A stretch of 61,019 nt of DNA from a virus: the IMG/VR virus record IMGVR_UViG_3300027908_000027, positions 1 through 61,019 of that record; one strand, 5' to 3'. Position 1 is the stretch's first letter; each line of letters opens with the position of its first letter. A program made the translations under genes and the position numbers. Under the pieces are notes generated by a model. It did no database searches. It was not told the origin of the DNA and saw only the letters and a program-made list of their open reading frames with translations. Below are positions 1 through 6,128 of the stretch, one piece after another.

Positions 1-99
1 CATCTCGGCCATAGAGGTTTGAGAAAGCCTCATAAGACCATTCAAACGTAGATGCATGTGGGAACGGCGCAATTCGGCTTTTCCGCACGCGCCCAAATC
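1..99. repeat. Left copy of exact 99-bp terminal direct repeat (identical to 60921..61019)
   Basis: catctcggcc...gcccaaatc occurs identically at both window ends; a minus-strand ORF is continuous in frame through the junction. Confidence 0.97.
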
Positions 100-697
100 T
101 AGACGACCCAGTCTTCACAACCTGGATCGCGAGATCCAGTTCATATTCCAGCCTAGGCCAGCAATCAAAGGTAGAGCCGATCTGAACGCGCTCGCCCTTT
201 TCATTGCCCCATTCCGCGACCTCGCCGCAGATCAAAAGGACATTCATGTTCATGCGCGTAAGCCACGATACAAGCTGCCGCATGTAATTGACGGCTGGCT
301 TTTTGTCAGCGCCGAACTCGTTCTTTTTGCCTGCATCCGTAAGCCGTTCGGCTTCACGCGCTATCTCATTAGCGAACAACTTCGTCATGCTATCAATGGC
401 TAATGTCTTGCGATCGTGCGATTCGGTCGCGAGCGCTTTGACCTGGTCAAGCACTACATCAAAAGATGCGGCTCCTTCATCTGGGCCGAGATACAATCCG
501 CCAGCCGCGCGTAGTTTCTCACGATATTCCGGCTGCGTTGCGCCGCCTTCCACATCGATGAAGTAAACATTCGGCCAGTCGAGCGCGAACTGTGTCTTGC
601 CGACGCCGCTTGGACCGTAGATCAAGATCTTTGGTTTACGCGGCTTGATAAGCTCTGGCGATGTGGCCAATAGCTTTGATTTACGCGGCTTCGTCAT
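1..697 (-). CDS. Sak4-like RecA-fold ATPase (AAA_24 type), N-terminal part; continues at 60718..60920 (299 aa in total)
   Basis: ATG at 697-695, open to the window edge. MTKPRKSKLLATSPELIKPRKPKILIYGPSGVGKTQFALDWPNVYFIDVEGG carries a Walker A and the layout typical of phage Sak4/AAA_24 proteins. A DUF669-like SSB gene lies next downstream across the junction. Confidence 0.8.
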   Translation of the reverse strand, partial: MTKPRKSKLLATSPELIKPRKPKILIYGPSGVGKTQFALDWPNVYFIDVEGGATQPEYREKLRAAGGLYLGPDEGAASFDVVLDQVKALATESHDRKTLAIDSMTKLFANEIAREAERLTDAGKKNEFGADKKPAVNYMRQLVSWLTRMNMNVLLICGEVAEWGNEKGERVQIGSTFDCWPRLEYELDLAIQVVKTGSSRFGRVRKSRIAPFPHASTFEWSYEAFSNLYGRD

Positions 698-722
698 GCC
701 ATCCGGCATTGCACATACTCCC

Positions 723-902
723 TTATCTCACCCACAACCACACAACAAACCCCGCGAACGCGCCGACAAGCGCTAACTGCGGCAATTGCCAAAGCGCCCA
801 ACGTTGCAGCCACCACCAGCGCTGTTTCGTTCTGCACCACGCGCGTGCGTCCTCCTGACGCGCGATGGCCGCGACGGTCAGGCGATCGGGTGTGTTCAGC
901 AT
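723..902 (-). CDS. Small hypothetical membrane protein (59 aa)
   Basis: Internal Met of track ORF 723..929. Its ATG overlaps the upstream stop (ATGCTGA). Hydrophobic C-terminus LPQLALVGAFAGFVVWLWV. Confidence 0.4.
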   Translation of the reverse strand: MLNTPDRLTVAAIARQEDARAWCRTKQRWWWLQRWALWQLPQLALVGAFAGFVVWLWVR

Positions 903-1087
903 GGGGGTGGCTCCGGTAGCGGATGCCACATTGAAGGCTCACTTATTCGGCGGCTGTCTTCGGCTCTTCCGTGCGTCGCTAGGTAGCGCCCCTTCTCGTA
1001 GGAAGCTAAGCACTGCTGCCAGCCATCCCAGAGTAGGAACTTCCTACCATCCCTCGGCGCCGTCTCAATCGGCTGCCATTCGCTCAC
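896..1087 (-). CDS. DUF551-like phage protein
   Basis: MSEWQPIETAPRDGRKFLLW matches the W-x-P-I-x-x-x-P-x-D signature of DUF551. GTG start overlaps the upstream stop (GTGA). Confidence 0.6.
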   Translation of the reverse strand: MSEWQPIETAPRDGRKFLLWDGWQQCLASYEKGRYLATHGRAEDSRRISEPSMWHPLPEPPPC

Positions 1088-1263
1088 AGCTCATCTCCCG
1101 CAACGCCATGCCAACGCGCCAACGCCACCAGCAGATCGTCAGCGCGTTCCTGCACGCTGAACAGCGCATCGGCCTCAGCGTCGCGTCCACGCTCAACAGC
1201 GAGTTCCGCGCGCTCCTGTGCGCCGGCTGCCATGCGGCCGAGGGATTCGATGATGTGGGTCAT
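1084..1263 (-). CDS. Hypothetical protein (59 aa, below the ORF-track cutoff)
   Basis: Translated by hand: MTHIIESLGRMAAGAQERAELAVERGRDAEADALFSVQERADDLLVALARWHGVAGDEL. ATGA overlap at the start and GTGA overlap at the stop fill the gap in the coupled gene chain. Confidence 0.45.
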   Translation of the reverse strand: MTHIIESLGRMAAGAQERAELAVERGRDAEADALFSVQERADDLLVALARWHGVAGDEL

Positions 1264-1508
1264 GAGACTTCCCCAGCTGCAATCTGAATCACGCGCACTG
1301 AACGAAACTGTATCTCCGGTTCAATGCTTGCAATTTCGTTGGTCAGATCTATGCAAATATCATCAAGCGTATTTAGCAAGTCGCGAATGGTCGGATCAAC
1401 CTGGCGTAAACGCTGAATGCGTGTGTATGCATCGCGTATAGCCCAGCGCGCTGTAAACAGCGACTCTGGATCATGCACAACTGGCGGCAACGCTCGCACG
1501 TCAGACAT
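1260..1508 (-). CDS. Hypothetical protein (82 aa)
   Basis: Track ORF. Start and stop overlap the neighbouring ORFs in the leftward operon. Confidence 0.6.
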   Translation of the reverse strand: MSDVRALPPVVHDPESLFTARWAIRDAYTRIQRLRQVDPTIRDLLNTLDDICIDLTNEIASIEPEIQFRSVRVIQIAAGEVS

Positions 1509-1689
1509 TGAACTTCTCCATAAGCCGCAGCGCGAACGCCTCTTCCGCCCAGAACCCGCACTCGGCGCACGTCAGATGCAGCCCATCCGCGTGCTCAGAC
1601 TCATGCAACGCGCCGGGGCAGCCGTTCGGGCATTCGGTGACGACTGCGCGCAGGATATCGGCTGGGGTGCTGGCGTTCACCGCTTCCAC
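1501..1689 (-). CDS. Small Cys-rich (zinc-ribbon-like) protein
   Basis: Track ORF with a CxxxC...CxxC pattern (TECPNGC ... TCAECG). Coupled to neighbours. Confidence 0.55.
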   Translation of the reverse strand: MEAVNASTPADILRAVVTECPNGCPGALHESEHADGLHLTCAECGFWAEEAFALRLMEKFNV

Positions 1690-1880
1690 TCCGACTTAAT
1701 CCACACCAGATTTGCGGCGCGTGGCCAAACCGAAATGGCAGCATCACCGCTAATGTGCAGCGCGCCATCTACGACAGAGACCGTAATTCTATTGATACCC
1801 TCGCCAAATTCTATACGCGACGTGGGGGCAACGGCCTGCGTCTTCTCATCATTGAACAAGTCGCATACGGTGATTTTCAT
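1677..1880 (-). CDS. Hypothetical protein (67 aa)
   Basis: Internal Met60 of track ORF 1677..2057 (MKITVCDLFND...). Its ATG overlaps the stop of the upstream lipoprotein gene (ATGA). Confidence 0.5.
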   Translation of the reverse strand: MKITVCDLFNDEKTQAVAPTSRIEFGEGINRITVSVVDGALHISGDAAISVWPRAANLVWIKSEWKR

Positions 1881-2404
1881 TTCCGTGCCTCCGCCATTAC
1901 TTGCGGCATCAACCGATCCGCAATCGCGCCCCACATATTCAGCGGCATCAGCACATGGCCAATGAACGGCAGTGCATCCACGCCCTCTGCCGCTATGTTC
2001 TCCGCGCCGTCGAGATGCCATCCGGTTACGTTGGTGGTGTTGTACCAACTGACGCATTGCGCACCGTCATGGCAGCGCATGCCGGCAATGGCGAACCCAT
2101 CCACGATGAATTCCCAGCGCGGCCCGTGCGCTTTCAATGCAGGCGGCGCGCCCCACGAATGCGCGACCACTACATCGCAGTGATCCAGCGCGGCGGGTTC
2201 AACGCCCATGTCGTGGACTTCGACCGCGTAGCCGAGACTGCGCAGCGTAGGTTCGCCGGCCGTAAGCCATGAGAACACCGGCCCGGTTAAGCCGCGCACC
2301 AGGCATGCTGTGCGTCCATTCGGGGGTTGCTGCGGGATTACGGGCTGCGCGCAGCCGGATAGAGCTACGGTGCAGATGGCGGCGGTTAGAATGGGGCGGG
2401 TCAT
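1877..2404 (-). CDS. Lipoprotein with serine-hydrolase-like nucleophile-elbow motif
   Basis: MTRPILTAAICTVALSGC is a signal peptide with lipobox L-S-G-C. VVVAHSWGAPPA resembles a G/A-x-S-x-G elbow. Confidence 0.65.
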   Translation of the reverse strand: MTRPILTAAICTVALSGCAQPVIPQQPPNGRTACLVRGLTGPVFSWLTAGEPTLRSLGYAVEVHDMGVEPAALDHCDVVVAHSWGAPPALKAHGPRWEFIVDGFAIAGMRCHDGAQCVSWYNTTNVTGWHLDGAENIAAEGVDALPFIGHVLMPLNMWGAIADRLMPQVMAEARK

Positions 2405-2652
2405 GTGTCACCTCCGCCAATCTTCTGTGGCGTAACCCAGCGGCGCACAGTCATTGCTACTTCAACGATGCCGCATTCAGTGACGCATGGGCGTCTCTCT
2501 TTGAGGATTTCCACAGAGGGATAAACTACGGTTGGCGCCGCCTCGCCTAACGTGTGATGCTGCCAGTCCACACCACACATATAGACAATAGCGGTATCAT
2601 CATCTCCTAAACACCAGTCGTAAATATCGCCGCGCTTTACTTCCCTGGTCAT
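2401..2652 (-). CDS. Hypothetical protein (83 aa)
   Basis: Met49 of track ORF 2401..2796 (MTREVKRGDIYDW...). ATGA overlap with the upstream stop. Confidence 0.55.
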   Translation of the reverse strand: MTREVKRGDIYDWCLGDDDTAIVYMCGVDWQHHTLGEAAPTVVYPSVEILKERRPCVTECGIVEVAMTVRRWVTPQKIGGGDT

Positions 2653-2867
2653 GCCGCCGCCCTCCGTTCTCTCGCCGCTTGCGCCAACCGATGCAGTTGC
2701 GCGCGGCTTTCGTGTTTCTGCCGCTGCATGCGCATGAGCAGCCGCTTGGCGCATCGGCGGCATGCGTTGCGCTTGGCGCCAGTTGCGGCTTGCCACTTGT
2801 CCAGCGCTTCGTTCAGCGCCTCAGCGGCCGATATGTCGCGGTAATATTGGGCGAGCCAGTCAGACAT
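2649..2867 (-). CDS. Hypothetical protein (72 aa)
   Basis: Track ORF; helical and basic; coupled on both sides. Confidence 0.6.
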   Translation of the reverse strand: MSDWLAQYYRDISAAEALNEALDKWQAATGAKRNACRRCAKRLLMRMQRQKHESRAQLHRLAQAARERRAAA

Positions 2868-3201
2868 TGGCCGCCTCCGCTAGTGCGATGGCGCGATCGA
2901 AGGCGGCCAAGACTTCAGCGTGCGTGCGCTCGGGCGCGTCATTAAAAGCAGAGACACGCCGCCCCGTCGCGGCGCTTAGATATTGCTCTGCCGCATTGGC
3001 AACCCAGCCCTTCCTACTAATGAGGCTCCCATTAGCTGCGCGCCAAATAGCGCCATCGGCACACCAGCACACTGCTGAACGCGATCCGTAGAAGATACGG
3101 CGCCCGCTTTTGCCACGCGCCATCATGCCCTGCGTCCAGTGCTCAGGCTTCTCAAGCAAAGCTCGCGCCTTACGCAACACCACTGCAGCTTCCGCGCTCA
3201 T
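2860..3201 (-). CDS. Hypothetical phage protein (113 aa)
   Basis: Met28 of track ORF 2860..3282 (MSAEAAVVLRKARALLEKPEHWTQG...FNDAPERTHAEVL). ATGA overlap with the upstream stop. Confidence 0.6.
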   Translation of the reverse strand: MSAEAAVVLRKARALLEKPEHWTQGMMARGKSGRRIFYGSRSAVCWCADGAIWRAANGSLISRKGWVANAAEQYLSAATGRRVSAFNDAPERTHAEVLAAFDRAIALAEAANV

Positions 3202-3317
3202 AGCCGCGCCTCCACAAACACGACGCGCGGCGCTGCGTTCATCTCGCTCTCGAAGCCGTAGACGCACGCGCCGGCCGCCCACGCGACGAGCGCAATGGTG
3301 AAGAGGATGGTGCGCAT
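3198..3317 (-). CDS. Tiny putative exported/lipoprotein-like peptide (39 aa)
   Basis: Met26 of track ORF 3198..3392: MRTILFTIALVAWAAGAC... TAATG overlap with the upstream stop. The lipobox is weak (A-G-A-C). Confidence 0.35.
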   Translation of the reverse strand: MRTILFTIALVAWAAGACVYGFESEMNAAPRVVFVEARL

Positions 3318-3619
3318 TAGTCGTTCCTCGCCATTGGGAATTCGCATTGTGACGGATTGCCTTGCACGCAAGGCTTCTCGCCGCTCTTGCAATACGAACA
3401 GTTATGATCGCGGAAGATGCCGGAGCGCGATGGATCTGGATCGCGCGGGTCTGGCGTTTGCGTGAGCGCTATGTCCTTCAGCATTGATCTTGGGAAGTCG
3501 CTCGCATCTAGCAGAGTGACGCGATAATCATCACTAAGCTCTACCGTCACTTCTTCACGATTGGCCAACCGCTGCAACGTATACCTGCCGATGCAAATCG
3601 TATGATGTTTCTCGTTCAC
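3317..3619 (-). CDS. Hypothetical protein with C-terminal Cys cluster (100 aa)
   Basis: Track ORF; NCSYCKSGEKPCVQGNPSQC; coupled to neighbours. Confidence 0.6.
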   Translation of the reverse strand: MNEKHHTICIGRYTLQRLANREEVTVELSDDYRVTLLDASDFPRSMLKDIALTQTPDPRDPDPSRSGIFRDHNCSYCKSGEKPCVQGNPSQCEFPMARND

Positions 3620-4125
3620 GCCTTCCTCCTCCGCATTGCCGCCAACGCCACAAGCGCCGCGCCCAGCACAGCCACGCCGGCCGGTTCGGGCACATCAGCG
3701 GGCGGCGACTTCTTGCCTTCAACGCACGCCGATCCGTTCCACCAATGCGCGGGCTGACACGGGTGCGGCGCGGGCGTTGTCTCTTCCGTCACCAAGCCGG
3801 GCGTCACCGTAAAAGCGGGGAACGCGCCGTTGGGGATCGGCAGCGAGAACGCCTCCGGCGTTGGCAGGAACTGCAGCGGGGATGGGCCGTAGTCTGGCGT
3901 GGGGGATGGGACATTGATTGTCGTAGGCGACGGGACAACGCCAACTACCGCATGCCATGGTTCCGGGGGGCGTAGGGGCAGTGGCGCACCGAACGCAGGG
4001 CCAGCGCAGTTGAGCGTCGCGACCATCGCCGCTGTGCCAGCGTGCCACGACCAGCCGTGCGCCAGTACTTCGGCCTTGGTGTAGATCGTGCGCCAGCCTC
4101 GAAGACAGTCCCAGGCGCGGGTCAT
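3616..4125 (-). CDS. Pro-rich protein with PEP-CTERM-type C-terminal sorting signal
   Basis: The C-terminus DVPEPAGVAVLGAALVALAAMRRRKA has a PEP motif, a hydrophobic helix and an Arg cluster. The start is uncertain (Met36 of track ORF 3616..4230) and no clear N-terminal signal peptide is seen. Confidence 0.55.
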   Translation of the reverse strand: MTRAWDCLRGWRTIYTKAEVLAHGWSWHAGTAAMVATLNCAGPAFGAPLPLRPPEPWHAVVGVVPSPTTINVPSPTPDYGPSPLQFLPTPEAFSLPIPNGAFPAFTVTPGLVTEETTPAPHPCQPAHWWNGSACVEGKKSPPADVPEPAGVAVLGAALVALAAMRRRKA

Positions 4126-4153
4126 GACAGCACCGCACGAGTGAACAGACCGG

Positions 4154-4351
4154 CTAGCTGCGCCGACGCGGGGAATACGGTGGCGTGCGTTCTGGCGGTA
4201 GCCAGCGATTGAGCTGAGACAGCAGCCCATGCGCTAGGATCTTCGCGTCCTCGATCGTTTCTGTATCCAGAATCGCTTGACACGTTCGGCGCGCGTGTTC
4301 CGCTTCCATGCGGAGCCGATCCCATGACAACCGCGGTGGGGGTTGGGGCAT
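4154..4351 (-). CDS. First ORF downstream of the PL-like promoter (65 aa, hypothetical)
   Basis: Track ORF MPQPPPRLSWDRLRMEAEHARRTCQAILD... Third-position GC is higher than in the overlapping frame 4122..4502. Confidence 0.45.
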   Translation of the reverse strand: MPQPPPRLSWDRLRMEAEHARRTCQAILDTETIEDAKILAHGLLSQLNRWLPPERTPPYSPRRRS

Positions 4352-4439
4352 GGGACAGAAACCTTTCAGGAGTAATTATAACGTCGTTGTCACGCCATTC
4401 ATTGTTGCCAAATGATGACTGTAAGGAGTTATCCTGACA

Positions 4440-4466
4440 GCGCCGCACGCGAACGTGCGTAGGCGC
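4440..4466 (-). promoter_or_regulatory. Stable leader hairpin with UUCG tetraloop in the PL transcript
   Basis: Minus-strand RNA GCGCC-UAC-GCACG-UUCG-CGUGC-GGCGC (10 GC-rich pairs, 3-nt bulge). No U-run follows, so it is not a terminator. Confidence 0.5.
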
Positions 4467-4533
4467 CGTCTGGGTAGCTGATTGGAAAAGGGAATGGACC
4501 ACGACGACACGTCCTCCGGTGTCAACGGAGGCA

Positions 4534-4562
4534 TACTTAAGACATTTAGTCTAAGTCGTCAA
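4534..4562 (-). promoter_or_regulatory. PL-like leftward promoter overlapped by operator-like inverted repeats
   Basis: Minus strand TTGACG (4562-4557), 17-nt spacer, TAAGTA (4539-4534). Overlapped by CTTAAGAC-attta-GTCTAAG (4536-4555) and AAGTC-gtcaag-GACTT (4553-4568). Confidence 0.5.
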
Positions 4563-4585
4563 GGACTTTTTGTCTTAGAGGGAGG

Positions 4586-4613
4586 GAAAGAAAAAGGCGG
4601 CACAGCGGCCGCC
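4586..4613 (-). terminator. Intrinsic terminator of the repressor gene
   Basis: On the minus strand GGCGGC-cgcugu-GCCGCC is followed by UUUUUCUUU, immediately after the repressor stop (4621). Confidence 0.65.
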
Positions 4614-4620
4614 CATTGCG

Positions 4621-4977
4621 TTAAGACCGGGCCTTGCCCTTGCGAGGCTCCTTGTCAGTGGGGCCAGCAAGCTCTGGATGATTTGCGGCGAGACGGATGG
4701 CCAGTTCCCGCTCTACGCCTTCTAGACTGCCCTCCAGCAGATACGCCCTGCTAATCTGCAGTTTAGCGATGAAGCGCGGGGCCTGGAACTCATCAGGCCA
4801 GCGTTTCCCCGCCTCGTACTTGCTCCAAGCCGTTTGATGAATGCCGACGATCTCGGCCATCTCATCTTGCGTTTTGCCAAGCGCCTCGCGCACCCACCGG
4901 AGGCGGGTACCTAAGCGCCGCATCATCACCCTGTCGTCCGCGGTGCGCGGTGGGCGGCCCAATGTCTTTGTTCCCAT
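4621..4977 (-). CDS. XRE/CI-type HTH repressor
   Basis: LREALGKTQDEMAEIVGIHQTAWSKYEAGKRWP is an HTH_3-type motif. The gene is divergent from a Cro-like gene. Start set at Met13 of track ORF 4621..5013, where a -10-like CATAAT ends 6 nt upstream. Confidence 0.8.
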   Translation of the reverse strand: MGTKTLGRPPRTADDRVMMRRLGTRLRWVREALGKTQDEMAEIVGIHQTAWSKYEAGKRWPDEFQAPRFIAKLQISRAYLLEGSLEGVERELAIRLAANHPELAGPTDKEPRKGKARS

Positions 4978-4983
4978 GCACTG

Positions 4984-5013
4984 ATTATGACTTTTTGTCT
5001 GAGTCAGTTCCAA
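4984..5013 (-). promoter_or_regulatory. PRM-like promoter predicting a leaderless repressor mRNA
   Basis: Minus strand TTGGAA (5013-5008), 18-nt spacer, CATAAT (4989-4984), then 6 nt to ATG 4977. No SD is present. The palindrome CTGAGTCAG (4999-5007) lies in the spacer. Confidence 0.45.
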
Positions 5014-5027
5014 CGCCAGAAAATCCC

Positions 5028-5075
5028 TTGACTGTAAGACAATTAGTCATTATCCCATGAGACATGCTGTCTCAT
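5028..5075 (+). promoter_or_regulatory. PR-like promoter/operator region in front of the Cro-like gene
   Basis: TTGACT at 5028-5033. TGACT-N11-AGTCA at 5029-5049. Inverted repeat ATGAGACA-tgc-TGTCTCAT (5057-5075) spans the Cro ATG (5064). No SD upstream of the ATG. Confidence 0.45.
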
Positions 5076-5288
5076 GCCGATCTGATCAAAGCGTTTGGTG
5101 GCAGCCGCCAATTGGCGGAAGCCATTGGTGTCGATCCAAAGTCGGCAATCCACTGGCAGAGGCGCGGCATCCCAGCCAAGTACTGGCCGGTCGTCGAAAC
5201 CACGCAGATCGCCCAAAGTCATGGCATTACCGCTCTTCGACTGAAGGATTTGTCGATCGCGGCGCCGCAAACGGCAGAAGCCGCATGA
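5064..5288 (+). CDS. Cro-like / YdaS-type HTH protein
   Basis: LIKAFGGSRQLAEAIGVDPKSAIHWQRRGIPAKYW is typical of Cro/YdaS-type HTH proteins. Divergent from the repressor. Confidence 0.75.
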   Translation: MLSHADLIKAFGGSRQLAEAIGVDPKSAIHWQRRGIPAKYWPVVETTQIAQSHGITALRLKDLSIAAPQTAEAA

Positions 5289-5560
5289 GCCTCGCTCGCG
5301 CCCAAGCCAGAGCCTCCCTCAAAAGCTGGGCAGCCTCCCTCGTGGGAGATCTGAGCTGTAACGCGATACCAGATCCGATCGTGGCATCGACCCGCAGCAG
5401 CGGGGCGACATCGGCATGGATGCGGCGACGGCAGCGGCCGGCATCGGCGGCGATGGCCGAGTACAACTTCTTCACCTGCCGGCAATGCAACGCGGATGTG
5501 GTCGGAACGTGGTCCGGGCCGCTCCTGTGCAGCATGTGCCGCGCGGAGCGTTGTTCATGA
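5285..5560 (+). CDS. Hypothetical protein with C-terminal zinc ribbon (91 aa)
   Basis: Met77 of track ORF 5057..5560; ATGA overlap with the cro stop; FFTCRQC...CSMC. Confidence 0.55.
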   Translation: MSLARAQARASLKSWAASLVGDLSCNAIPDPIVASTRSSGATSAWMRRRQRPASAAMAEYNFFTCRQCNADVVGTWSGPLLCSMCRAERCS

Positions 5561-5673
5561 CAACGTACACCCTCCTAGACCTCGTGCTGCTCATCTGGGT
5601 CGCGCCGAACGCGCTGCTGATCCTCATGGGCGACGGACTTTACAGACAACGCGCGCGTGGGGAGGCGGGGTGA
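5557..5673 (+). CDS. Small single-TM peptide (38 aa)
   Basis: Met48 of track ORF 5416..5673: MTTYTLLDLVLLIWVAPNALLILMG... ATGA overlap with the upstream stop. Confidence 0.35.
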   Translation: MTTYTLLDLVLLIWVAPNALLILMGDGLYRQRARGEAG

Positions 5674-5849
5674 TGCGGGTGTGGATATGGCTTCTTGCGA
5701 CCAACGCGCTTTTTGTGGGCTGGAATCTTATCTGCGCGATACTGGAGATTGCGGAAGGCGACGGCTGGCTCACCATGATTAGCGTACCGGCCGCTTGCAT
5801 CGGTATCGCTGCCTGTCTGATGTGTGCGCGGCGGATATTCCATGCTTAG
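5673..5849 (+). CDS. Small two-TM membrane protein (58 aa)
   Basis: Met60 of track ORF 5496..5849: MRVWIWLLATNALFVGWNLICAILEI...WLTMISVPAACIGIAACLMCA. TGATG overlap with the upstream stop. Confidence 0.45.
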   Translation: MRVWIWLLATNALFVGWNLICAILEIAEGDGWLTMISVPAACIGIAACLMCARRIFHA

Positions 5850-6008
5850 ACGCTGTCCGTGCGGTTTCCGCGAATTCCTTTGCGATTGTCTATGCCAGGG
5901 TGCGCACGACGCATTCTGGGCAAATCCCCTAGGCGTTGAGAGCGCGCCTGGGCTCGCCCGAGCCCCCTCCCAACCGCTGTCTGCTCTCCATGAGACAGCC
6001 AACTTAGG

Positions 6009-6058
6009 CGCCGCCCGCTCAGCCCTGCCAAGTGCAGCGGGCGGCGTCTCTTTCTCTG
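6009..6058 (+). terminator. Intrinsic terminator (tR1-like) between the Cro block and the replication/regulator block
   Basis: Stem GCCGCCCGCT (6010-6019) pairs with AGCGGGCGGC (6036-6045), followed by the T-rich run TCTCTTTCTCT. Confidence 0.55.
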
Positions 6059-6128
6059 CGATTGTTACTCCTTCCATAAGTGACCCTTCTCTTCCTCGCG
6101 GTCAGGAACCTGAAGGACGAGAGACGCG

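Noticed and set aside
1-99. Terminal repeat as a genuine biological DTR or cos-type end
   Set aside because: A gene reads straight through the junction. The length equals a common odd assembler k-mer size. The packaging genes are P22-like (headful). An assembly-derived overlap of a circular or permuted genome is the simpler explanation, though this is not proven without reads.
4122-4502. 126-aa minus-strand ORF covering the PL leader and overlapping ORF 4154..4351; its stop forms an ATGA with a possible start of the PEP-CTERM gene
   Set aside because: In the shared region its third-position GC (about 55% by hand count) is lower than that of the 4154..4351 frame (about 65%). The sequence is Ser/Thr/Arg-rich and not protein-like. 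Its 5' part is the AT-rich leader that contains the UUCG hairpin. It is kept only as an alternative; the first about 50 codons cannot be excluded as a small ORF.
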